A stretch of DNA of 64,000 nucleotides. Origin: Candidatus Eiseniibacteriota bacterium (GTDB taxonomy: Bacteria > Eisenbacteria > RBG-16-71-46 > DASYSL01). Shown piece by piece: positions 1 to 7,530 of this stretch (position 1 is the stretch's first letter; every line of letters begins with the position of its first letter). The stretch is taken from NCBI GenBank assembly GCA_036003365.1, contig DASYSL010000086.1, positions 1,258 to 65,257 of the forward strand, read 5' to 3'. A program made the translations under genes and the position numbers. Under the pieces are notes generated by a model that made no database searches, was not told where the DNA came from, and saw only the letters and a list, made by a program, of their open reading frames with translations.

Positions 1-316
1 TGATCACGCGATCGGGTGGCGGCCCAACGAGCGCTTCGCCGAGCACGAAGCGCGCGCGCGGCGGGATGACGTCAGCGGCGGTGCCTTGCCACAGCCCGCG
101 CCAGCGCGCCGGGCCCGCGCCATCGCCGGCCTGGAGCCGGAAGCCGGCGAGCGACACCGTGGTGTCGGCCGGATTCCACAGCTCGATGAACTCATAGCCC
201 GCGTCGGCGCCAGGATGGTCGTAATAGATTTCGTTCAACACCACCGCCGCCGCGGGCGCGGAAGCGAGCGCGGCGAGCAGCGTGCACGCGAACAGCGTTC
301 GAATGAGGAAAGACAA
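1..316 (-). CDS. Secreted lamin-tail-domain (LTD) protein, 3' partial; not in the ORF track because it has no stop in the window. Start is a putative TTG at 316.
   Basis: Minus-strand frame reads MSFLIRTLFACTLLAALASAPAAA|VVLNEIYYDHPGADAGYEFIELWNPADTTVSLAGFRLQAGDG..., a signal peptide followed by an LTD-like ('YEFIELwN...v.L.G..L') motif. GGGAG sits 8 nt upstream of the TTG. Confidence 0.45.
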   Translation of the reverse strand, partial: MSFLIRTLFACTLLAALASAPAAAVVLNEIYYDHPGADAGYEFIELWNPADTTVSLAGFRLQAGDGAGPARWRGLWQGTAADVIPPRARFVLGEALVGPPPDRVI

Positions 317-354
317 GAAACGGCTCCCACGGGGGCGATGCGTGGGGGGCTCGA

Positions 355-437
355 GGGGCTGGTGCAGCTCGGAGGGCTTGGTGCAGCTCGGAGGGCTTGG
401 CGCAGCTCGGGGGCTTGGTGCACCTCGGAGGCGCTCG
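355..437. repeat. Tandem repeat of a ~19-bp unit (ggcttggtgcagctcggag) in about 4 copies, in the intergenic region upstream of the LTD gene.
   Basis: Near-identical units are read directly at 363-380, 381-399, 400-418 and 419-437. Confidence 0.6.
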
Positions 438-474
438 GGCGGTCTTGGGCCGACTTGCGCCGAGAGGAGCTAAT

Positions 475-2676
475 TCAAGGTAACCCTCTCTTGCGCCGCA
501 GGAACCACTCGCCCGAGAGCAGCCCGACCGCGACCAGATAGAACAACGGGCTCTCCCACAAGCGATGCTCGCGCACCTTGCCGGAGGTCGCGGCACTCGA
601 GGCGATCTTGCCACTCAAGGAAGGAATGCGATCCGGCGCGCCAGATGCGCCGCCGCTCACCTGCGCCATGCGCTCGAGCGTGCGCGCGTCCGACTCGGAG
701 GCGAGATACTCGGGACTCCAATCGTCGACCACGAACTCCGAGGTCGCGCTCGAGCGCGCCCCGCCGGGGCCGGCGGAGGTGGCACGCAGGCGATAGCGCC
801 CCGGTGGCAGCGATTCCCAGCGGCCGCCGTACGTGCCGCCGCCTTGGTTGTGCAAGCGAATCGGCCCCGGCAGCGAGCCCGAGCCCGCTGCACCCGCAGC
901 ACCCGGCGCCGATGACTTTGCCGCGCCCGGCAGATCCGACTCGCGTTCCAGAGACGCCGTCACGTTCGCGCCATCGACCGGCTGGAAGCGCGCATCTTGT
1001 AAGGACGCGCTGACCTCGATCGGCTCGCCGCGCGACACCAGCGGGCGATCGGCCGCCACCCGCAAGGGCTCCTGTTGCGTGGGCTCCGACAAGAGCCGGA
1101 GCGCGTTCCCCCACATGCGATCGAAGCGCGCCGCCGCTTCCTGATCGGCGGCCGAGAAGCCCCAGCGCCACAAGCCGCTGCCGTTCAGGAACAGCACGTG
1201 GCCGCGCCCGACGCGCCGCGTCCACAACAAAGGCACGCGCCCGTTGGCCGCCGTGAGCGCCACCTGGTCGCCGGGCCGCGGATTCACGGGCGACACGCCG
1301 GTCAGAGGCGGCGCTCCGGCGAAGAAGCGCCGCACGAGATCGGGATCCTCCTCGACGCGAATCAAGTCGTGCAGATTTCCCGCAGGCGCGTCGGCCTGAA
1401 AGTCGGCCGCCGAGGAGCCGACGTCGAGCCCCACCTCGCGCGCGAGCGCGCTGCCGCGCAATGCCGCCAGCGCCGATCCGCCCGCGCCATCGCCGCCCCA
1501 CAGCACGAGTCCCCCGCCATTGCGCACGTATTCGGCGAGCTTGGCGCCCAAAGGCCCCGCGGCGTCGGACGACGACAATCCTTGCGCGACCACGACGGCG
1601 TAGCGCGAGAGCGCCGCCCCCGCCGGAGGTGCGGCGCGCGACGGAACCGAAGGCATCGGCGCCCACCCACCAGGACGGATCTGCGCGTGCTCGGCCGCCC
1701 ACGAGGAATCGGCGTCGACGGCGCGCTTGAGCCACGTCCAATCCCAGTTGGGCCCGGGCACGAGCACCAGCACGCGCTGGCGATCCGGAGTCACCGTCTG
1801 CACCGCGGCGCGGCGGTTGTCGGCGTTCATGGTCTCGCCCGGGCCGCCGTCGAGCTGCACGCGATAGAACGCGAGCCCCGGCCGACGCGGCGTGAGCGTC
1901 ATCTCCTCGACCGTCTCCTCGCCGTTGGGCGGCAGAACGACGTCCTTCTGCGCCATCACCTCGGCGCCTTCGCTGACGGTGACGTGGGCGCGCCGCGAAC
2001 CCGAACCCTGATTGCGCAAGCGCACCGCGATGGGCGTGGGCTGGCCGGCGCGCGCCGTGGGATTGACCATCACTTCTTCGATGGATGCGTTCCAGCCGCG
2101 CGGACCTTCGACCACCACCGTGGACACGGGGCGCCCCAGCTCGCGCGCCGCCTGCACGGGATCGCGTCCGCGGTTGGCCGCACCGTCGCTCACCACCACC
2201 ACGCCGGCGAGTCCCTCGCGCCCCGAGAGCGAAGCGATGGCGTCGCCGAGCGCAGTCGAGGCGCGATCGAGCCGGCCGGCCGAATCGCTCTCGGCCGGGC
2301 GCGCCTCGGAGGCGAACACATAGCGGCGTACGCGATAGCGCTGGCCGAGGCGCCGCGCCACGTCATCGGCGGCGCGGTGCGCGATGTCGGTGCGCGTGCG
2401 CTTGGCCTGCGCGGACGGCAAGTCCATGGAGAGCGAACGATCCTCGAGCACCACGACTTCGCGGCCGCCGCCCGGCTCGGGCGAGGAGAAGATGGGGCGG
2501 GCCAGCAAGAAGACCAGGGCAGCGAGAGGCACGGCACGCAAGAGCAAGAGCAGCCGCCGCGTCCGAGGCGCCAGAGGCGGCAGGAGAAAGCGGTAGGCCC
2601 ACACCGCGAGCGCGACCGCGGCGAAGAGCAGCGGCAGCGTCCACCAGAGGTCGCCGGGGGTTACCGAGAATCGCAC
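475..2676 (-). CDS. BatA-like membrane protein with an N-terminal TM segment and a VWA domain (aerotolerance-related family). GTG start.
   Basis: N-terminal hydrophobic segment, then 'VVVLEDRSLSM' and 'GLAGVVVVSDGAANRG', which resemble a VWA MIDAS motif. Length 733 aa. Confidence 0.65.
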   Translation of the reverse strand: MRFSVTPGDLWWTLPLLFAAVALAVWAYRFLLPPLAPRTRRLLLLLRAVPLAALVFLLARPIFSSPEPGGGREVVVLEDRSLSMDLPSAQAKRTRTDIAHRAADDVARRLGQRYRVRRYVFASEARPAESDSAGRLDRASTALGDAIASLSGREGLAGVVVVSDGAANRGRDPVQAARELGRPVSTVVVEGPRGWNASIEEVMVNPTARAGQPTPIAVRLRNQGSGSRRAHVTVSEGAEVMAQKDVVLPPNGEETVEEMTLTPRRPGLAFYRVQLDGGPGETMNADNRRAAVQTVTPDRQRVLVLVPGPNWDWTWLKRAVDADSSWAAEHAQIRPGGWAPMPSVPSRAAPPAGAALSRYAVVVAQGLSSSDAAGPLGAKLAEYVRNGGGLVLWGGDGAGGSALAALRGSALAREVGLDVGSSAADFQADAPAGNLHDLIRVEEDPDLVRRFFAGAPPLTGVSPVNPRPGDQVALTAANGRVPLLWTRRVGRGHVLFLNGSGLWRWGFSAADQEAAARFDRMWGNALRLLSEPTQQEPLRVAADRPLVSRGEPIEVSASLQDARFQPVDGANVTASLERESDLPGAAKSSAPGAAGAAGSGSLPGPIRLHNQGGGTYGGRWESLPPGRYRLRATSAGPGGARSSATSEFVVDDWSPEYLASESDARTLERMAQVSGGASGAPDRIPSLSGKIASSAATSGKVREHRLWESPLFYLVAVGLLSGEWFLRRKRGLP

Positions 2677-2750
2677 GCGAGCTCGTTCGAGGGGGGCGGG
2701 TGAAAGGTGAGCGACTCGAAAGCGAGTCTAGGCGCGAGCGGCGACGAAAT

Positions 2751-3893
2751 TCAAGAATGCAGTGCTGGACGATTCCATGACAAGAAATCGATGGGCACGC
2801 GCGCCCGGCCGTCGAGCGCGAGGTCGGCCAGCACCTCCCCGAGCGCGCTGGTGAACTTGAAGCCGTGCCCCGAAAGGCCGGCCGCGAACACGACCCGCGC
2901 GTGCTCGGGATGGGCGCCGATGAGGAAGTGATCGTCGGGGCTCATCGGGTAGAAGCAGACGGCATGCGTCAGCAGGCGCGTGCCGACGCCAGGCAGATAG
3001 CTCTGCGCGAAGCTCTCGACGCGCGCGCGTTCTTCACGATCCTCGTGACGATCGTCGCCGCGCGGCGCGGGCACGAGGCGGCCGCCCGTGTGCTCGGCCA
3101 CCTTGATGCCCGACCCGCCCACGGCCGGCGTGCCGTAGAAGACGCCCTCCTCCGGCAATTCATAGAGGAAGACAGGGCAGCCGTTCTCGGCGTGGTGCTC
3201 GGGCCTGGGCGCGTCGAACCACCACATGGTCTTGCGCACCGTCGTGAAGCGCACGCCGAGATCGGCGAGCAACGTGCTCGCCCAGGCGCCGGGCGCGAGC
3301 ACGAGCTTGTCGGCGGCGTAGGTGCCACGATCGGTCGTGACCTCGACGGCTCCGGATGTGGCCCGCCAGCCCGTCACCTCTTCGCCGGTGCGCAGCGTGG
3401 CGCCGACACGCTCGGCGCCTTGTGCGTGGGCGATCACGCAATCCTCCACGTCGAGGAATCCGCCGCTCGGCTCGTATACGACGTCCAAGCCTTCGGGCAC
3501 GCGCAGGCCGGGAAAGCGACGCATGGCGTCCGCGCCCGCCATCTGCTCGACCGCGAGCTTGTGGATGAAGGCGCTGGCGAGCACGCCCGGGACCACCTCG
3601 CCGTCGGGCGCGCCGATCTCGACCAGGCCCGTCTGATGAAGGAGATTCTTGCCGCTTTCGCTCTCGAGCTCGTTCCACAATTGATAGGCGCGGCGCAGGA
3701 GCGGCACGTAATCGGGATGCTCGAAATACGCCATGCGGATGACGCGCGTCTTGCCGTGCGAGCTGCCGAGATCGTGTCCGGGCGGAGAGCGGTCGAGGCC
3801 GAGCACGCGCGCGCCGCGGCGGCTCAAGTGATAGGCGGCCGCGCTGCCGGCGCCGCCGCTCGCGCCGACGACGATGACGTCGTAGTGGGCCAT
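2751..3893 (-). CDS. FAD-dependent N-methyl-L-tryptophan / monomeric sarcosine oxidase family (SolA/MSOX-like).
   Basis: N-terminal 'DVIVVGASGGAGSAAAY' Rossmann dinucleotide motif and C-terminal 'GLSGHGFKF'. Overall colinear with E. coli SolA as recalled from memory. Confidence 0.8.
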   Translation of the reverse strand: MAHYDVIVVGASGGAGSAAAYHLSRRGARVLGLDRSPPGHDLGSSHGKTRVIRMAYFEHPDYVPLLRRAYQLWNELESESGKNLLHQTGLVEIGAPDGEVVPGVLASAFIHKLAVEQMAGADAMRRFPGLRVPEGLDVVYEPSGGFLDVEDCVIAHAQGAERVGATLRTGEEVTGWRATSGAVEVTTDRGTYAADKLVLAPGAWASTLLADLGVRFTTVRKTMWWFDAPRPEHHAENGCPVFLYELPEEGVFYGTPAVGGSGIKVAEHTGGRLVPAPRGDDRHEDREERARVESFAQSYLPGVGTRLLTHAVCFYPMSPDDHFLIGAHPEHARVVFAAGLSGHGFKFTSALGEVLADLALDGRARVPIDFLSWNRPALHS

Positions 3894-3903
3894 GTTGGCT
3901 CTG

Positions 3904-4476
3904 CTAGAGGATCGGAGTCGGGCCGGCCGGGCTGCGTCCGACCAGCTCTTCGAGGCGCACGTCGGGGCGCACGAGATCGGCCGGCTCGGCGATCAGGTCG
4001 GGAAGTCCGGAGCCCTCGCTCCAGAAGCTGAAACGCCCGTCATCCCAGGCGAGAACCGGGAGGGCCAGGCGCACCACTGCGTCCTCGAGGGCGCGGCGCA
4101 GGACGTCGATCGAAACCTGGCGCGTCTCGAGGAGAAGCTGCCCGAGCCGCTGCGGCACGCGGCCGCTGCGCTTGGCCAGGCTCTGGCGCTTGAGGCCGTC
4201 GATGACCGCTTCGATCGAGACCCCGTACTGCTTGACGAGCAGCTCGCCCAGATAAGTGCACGTGGCACTCGTCTGCGCGCCGATCAGGCAGCCGCGGCGC
4301 ACGGTCAACTCGACGCGCTCTTCTCTTTGCGAGTCCAAGGCGCGCACGAATTCGAGACGGCCGGAGAGCCCGAGCGTGCTGAGGAGCGTGTAGATGTCCG
4401 CCGGCGGGCAGGTTGCGAGGTCGCCTTCCAGGGCGGGAAGCTCCGGGGCCGAAACGAGGTGCGGAAATGCCATGCT
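3904..4476 (-). CDS. DUF4388 (PATAN-like) domain protein, about 190 aa. The track ORF 3904..5754 is a fusion artifact and only the C-terminal part looks real.
   Basis: 'LPALEGDLATCPPADIYTLLSTLGLSGRLEF' matches the DUF4388 signature. An ATG sits at 4474-4476. Confidence 0.5.
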   Translation of the reverse strand, partial: SMAFPHLVSAPELPALEGDLATCPPADIYTLLSTLGLSGRLEFVRALDSQREERVELTVRRGCLIGAQTSATCTYLGELLVKQYGVSIEAVIDGLKRQSLAKRSGRVPQRLGQLLLETRQVSIDVLRRALEDAVVRLALPVLAWDDGRFSFWSEGSGLPDLIAEPADLVRPDVRLEELVGRSPAGPTPIL

Positions 4477-4553
4477 GAAGAGCCTACACCCGCAAGCCCA
4501 GGACGCAATCGAGAAACCGTTTACAGGAAAGCCCTGATTGAGTTTAAGCCACT

Positions 4554-5492
4554 CTAACCGCCGAAGCGCACACCCCGAATCACCTTCTCGTAGGCCTCTT
4601 CGACATGCTTCCAGTTGTGCCAGCCGAGGACGGCGCCATGGAGAACGCCGGCGGCCAGGAGGACCACCACGGCGTCGTGCGCGAGCGGCGTGAGCACGGG
4701 GCCGAAGCGCCCGGCGCCATACGCCGGGCCGAGCAGCAGAAAACCAACGATCGTGCCCAAGATGAGGCCGCTGATCTTGCCCGGGAGCGTCGAGTTGATG
4801 CGCACCGGTCCGTGCGTGACATAGAGGAACACGCCGCCCGCGAGGAAACCGCCATAGCGCAGCACTGCGAGTGCGGCGGCGAGCGAGGAGACCAAGCCTG
4901 CCGCGCGCATGGAGAGGAAGAGCGCCAAGGCGAAGATGATGTCGGTGATGGGATCGAGCACGGCGCCGAGTCCCGTCTCCTGGCGCATGGAGCGCGCCGC
5001 CCAGCCGTCGAGCACGTCGCTCGCCATGGCAGCGATGAAGATCCAGAAGGCGGCGCGCGGATGGCCGTCGAGGAGCGTGAGACAGAACGCGGGCACACTC
5101 GCCAGCCGGGCCACGGTCAGCGCCGTGGCGAGGTTGATCGCCGAAAGCGAATAGCCTTCGCGCGTGCGCAGGAGGCCGACGTGCAGCACCAGGCTGGCGG
5201 TGAGAGGGGCGAGCCACAGGCCGGTCCACACGAGCACGTGCCGCGCCGTGCCCACCGCGCCCATGCCGAGCAACACACAGCCCGCGAACGTGAGCGCGAA
5301 GAGGATGAGGCCGAGCACCAGGATCGAGCGCGCCGCACCGGGATTGGCCGAGACGTCCTTGCGGCCGCGCAGCCAGGTGCGCGAGGCATAACGGACCCAG
5401 GCGGCGAGCGAGTACTTCTGCTCTCTCAGATCCTGCAGGTAAGTCTCGATGAACACCCGGCGGCTCCTTGGGCGCGTGGCGAATCGGCGCAA
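4554..5492 (-). CDS. CDP-alcohol phosphatidyltransferase family membrane protein.
   Basis: 'DVLDGWAAR' fits the D-x2-DG-x2-AR motif, and there are multiple TM segments. Confidence 0.7.
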   Translation of the reverse strand: MRRFATRPRSRRVFIETYLQDLREQKYSLAAWVRYASRTWLRGRKDVSANPGAARSILVLGLILFALTFAGCVLLGMGAVGTARHVLVWTGLWLAPLTASLVLHVGLLRTREGYSLSAINLATALTVARLASVPAFCLTLLDGHPRAAFWIFIAAMASDVLDGWAARSMRQETGLGAVLDPITDIIFALALFLSMRAAGLVSSLAAALAVLRYGGFLAGGVFLYVTHGPVRINSTLPGKISGLILGTIVGFLLLGPAYGAGRFGPVLTPLAHDAVVVLLAAGVLHGAVLGWHNWKHVEEAYEKVIRGVRFGG

Positions 5493-5559
5493 GACAATGC
5501 GATGGTTCGATCGTGCGGATCAATGGTAACACGCGCCAAGAATTTTCTGTCATCGGCGG

Positions 5560-6762
5560 GTGCGATGCTGTCAATGGAAGAGAACCTTCGATGGTCTCCG
5601 GTTCGCCCCCGCGAACGGCATTCCCGTGGATCGTTATGATCTGACCCATCTGACCGACGACGCCGTCGATCTCGAGTGGGACCGCTCGGTCGACAACGAT
5701 CGCTCGTCGACCGCAGACATGCTCGCCAGGCTGGCCGAATACGATGCGCGCCAACTCTACCGTCGGGCCGGCTATCCATCGATGTATGCGTATTGCGTGG
5801 GCGCCAAGAATTTCTGCGAGAATTCAGCGCGCAAACGAATCCATGCAGCTCGGACAGCTCGCCGGTTTCCTGCACTCTTTGTAGCCCTGGCTGAGGGGAG
5901 GCTTCATCTCAGGGCAGTGGTGATGCTCGCTCCCCATCTCCATTCGGAGAACTTCGACGAACTGGTGCGGGCGTGTTCGAATCGGACGGCTGCCCAGATC
6001 GAGGAGATCCTGAACGGGCGTTTCGTGCGATTGGAGACCTTGAAGGAAGGAACGCGCCAGGAGTCCGCTGGCGGCGTCCCGAACGCGGAAGTCGAAAACG
6101 GCACTCCGGGCGCGTTAGGCGACTTGCCCCTTATCGACCCTTCACGCGCCCTGGGGCGCGTTGAGGAAGGGGCAGGAATTAGCCTTCAGGCCTCTCCGCA
6201 GCCCACATCTCCCCCGCGGGCATCCAGTCAAGCGCCACGCCCGGAGCCTTCCTTCTCTGTCGTGCTCGAGAAGAGCGCGCAGGAACTGCTCGAATATGCT
6301 CGCGCCCTCCTGAGCCATCGGATGCCGCTGGCGAGCGCCTCTCAAGTGATCGAGCGCGCGCTGCAAGAGCTCGTCGCCCGAGAAGAGAAGAGGAAGTTCG
6401 CCGCTACGGATCGCCCCAAGGCCCTGCGCGCGAGCCGAAGCGCGCGCCATATCCCCGCATACGTAAAGCGCGCCGTGTGGAAGCGCGATGGCGGGAGGTG
6501 CACAGCCGTCGGATCCGATGGCCATCCGTGCCATTCACGCGAATTCCTGGAATACGACCACGTTCAGCCCGTAGCTCGCGGCGGTAAAGCCACCGTGGCG
6601 ACCGTGCGGTTGCGATGTCGGGCGCACAACCAATATGAGGCGGAGCAGGCGTTCGGCGCTGATTTCATGAAGCGCAAACGTGAGCAGCGGCAATCGGGAG
6701 GAGACCATCGGCGGCCTTCCTCTGCCTCCCCAGCACCTGAGCCCAAGCACGCCCCCGGCTAG
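5560..6762 (+). CDS. DUF222-domain / HNH endonuclease (13E12-repeat-like family). Start uncertain. Lower GC and lower GC3 than its neighbours.
   Basis: C-terminal HNH motif ('HIPAYVKRAVWKRDGGRCTAVGSDGHPCHSREFLEYDHVQPVARGG...CRAHNQYEAEQ') and an N-terminal DUF222-like region. Many A/T-ending codons are visible, unlike neighbouring genes. Confidence 0.7.
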   Translation: MRCCQWKRTFDGLRFAPANGIPVDRYDLTHLTDDAVDLEWDRSVDNDRSSTADMLARLAEYDARQLYRRAGYPSMYAYCVGAKNFCENSARKRIHAARTARRFPALFVALAEGRLHLRAVVMLAPHLHSENFDELVRACSNRTAAQIEEILNGRFVRLETLKEGTRQESAGGVPNAEVENGTPGALGDLPLIDPSRALGRVEEGAGISLQASPQPTSPPRASSQAPRPEPSFSVVLEKSAQELLEYARALLSHRMPLASASQVIERALQELVAREEKRKFAATDRPKALRASRSARHIPAYVKRAVWKRDGGRCTAVGSDGHPCHSREFLEYDHVQPVARGGKATVATVRLRCRAHNQYEAEQAFGADFMKRKREQRQSGGDHRRPSSASPAPEPKHAPG

Positions 6763-6822
6763 GAGGCAGCGCGCATGACAAACGATTAGACTCCCCCGCC
6801 GGACCCCATCAAGGAGGGCACG

Positions 6823-7467
6823 GTGGCGGGTTGGCTACGGCAGGATTGGCTACAGGCGGATTGGCTGTGGGCGATCGGCGGATTCGCGGTCGGGGCGTTT
6901 TTGTTCGGGCTTCGGCGGCGCAAGGGCGAAGCACGCTCGGGCGGCGGGCCGGGCGCGGGCACGCTCGAGGAGCGGATCCATGCGTTGGGTCAGCGGCAGC
7001 GCGCGGTGCTCGAGCGGCTCTTGCGCCATGATCGCGCGCTGCGCGACCCGAACGAGAGCTTCGACGAGAAGCTGACGTTCGGCCAGCGCGCCGCGGATCG
7101 CATTGCCACGTGGGGCGGGAGCTGGACATTCATCCTGCTCTTTTTGGCGTTCTTGAGCGCGTGGATCGCGTTCAACGCCAGGAGCGCGGGGCGCTTCGAT
7201 CCGTTTCCGTTCATCCTGCTGAACCTGATCCTGTCGTGCCTCGCGGCATTGCAGGCGCCGCTGATCATGATGAGTCAGAACCGCCTGTCGGCAAAGGACC
7301 GGCACGACGCGCACCTCGATTACGAAACCAACGTGCACGCCGAGCTGGAGATCCAGGCGCTCCAGAGCAAGGTGGATCTCCTGCAAGATCAGCAGTGGGT
7401 CGAGCTCATGCGCCTGCAGGAGCGTCAGATCGAGCTCTTGGAGCGAATCGTGACGGCGGAGCGCTAG
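6823..7467 (+). CDS. DUF1003 family membrane protein.
   Basis: Two TM helices ('WTFILLFLAFLSAWIAFN', 'FPFILLNLILSCLAALQAPLIMMSQNR') plus a C-terminal coiled-coil, the typical DUF1003 architecture. Confidence 0.65.
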   Translation: MAGWLRQDWLQADWLWAIGGFAVGAFLFGLRRRKGEARSGGGPGAGTLEERIHALGQRQRAVLERLLRHDRALRDPNESFDEKLTFGQRAADRIATWGGSWTFILLFLAFLSAWIAFNARSAGRFDPFPFILLNLILSCLAALQAPLIMMSQNRLSAKDRHDAHLDYETNVHAELEIQALQSKVDLLQDQQWVELMRLQERQIELLERIVTAER

Positions 7468-7469
7468 CC

Positions 7470-7530
7470 GGGCGACGCTCGATCGTCGCCTTGCGTCGCC
7501 TTGCGTCGCCTTACATCGCTTTGCGCCGCT
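7470..7530. repeat. Hairpin (ggcgacg-ctcgat-cgtcgcc) followed by about 3.5 tandem copies of a 10-bp unit (cgccttgcgt). It lies between convergent DUF1003 and ppdK and may act as a bidirectional terminator.
   Basis: Read directly from the sequence; a 7-bp perfect stem and the tandem units are at 7478-7528. Confidence 0.45.

Noticed and set aside
1075-2703. Long plus-strand ORFs (542 aa here, and similarly 8350..10437, 10646..12574, 25212..27800, 29778..31637, 31905..34781 and others) antisense to strong genes
   Set aside because: Their translations are Arg/Ala/Gly/Pro-rich low-complexity sequence typical of shadow ORFs in 70% GC DNA. Each fully overlaps a gene with clear family motifs on the other strand.
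3904-5754. 616-aa track ORF
   Set aside because: It runs through the CDP-alcohol transferase gene in the wrong frame. Only its last roughly 190 codons (DUF4388) look like a real protein. It was split accordingly.
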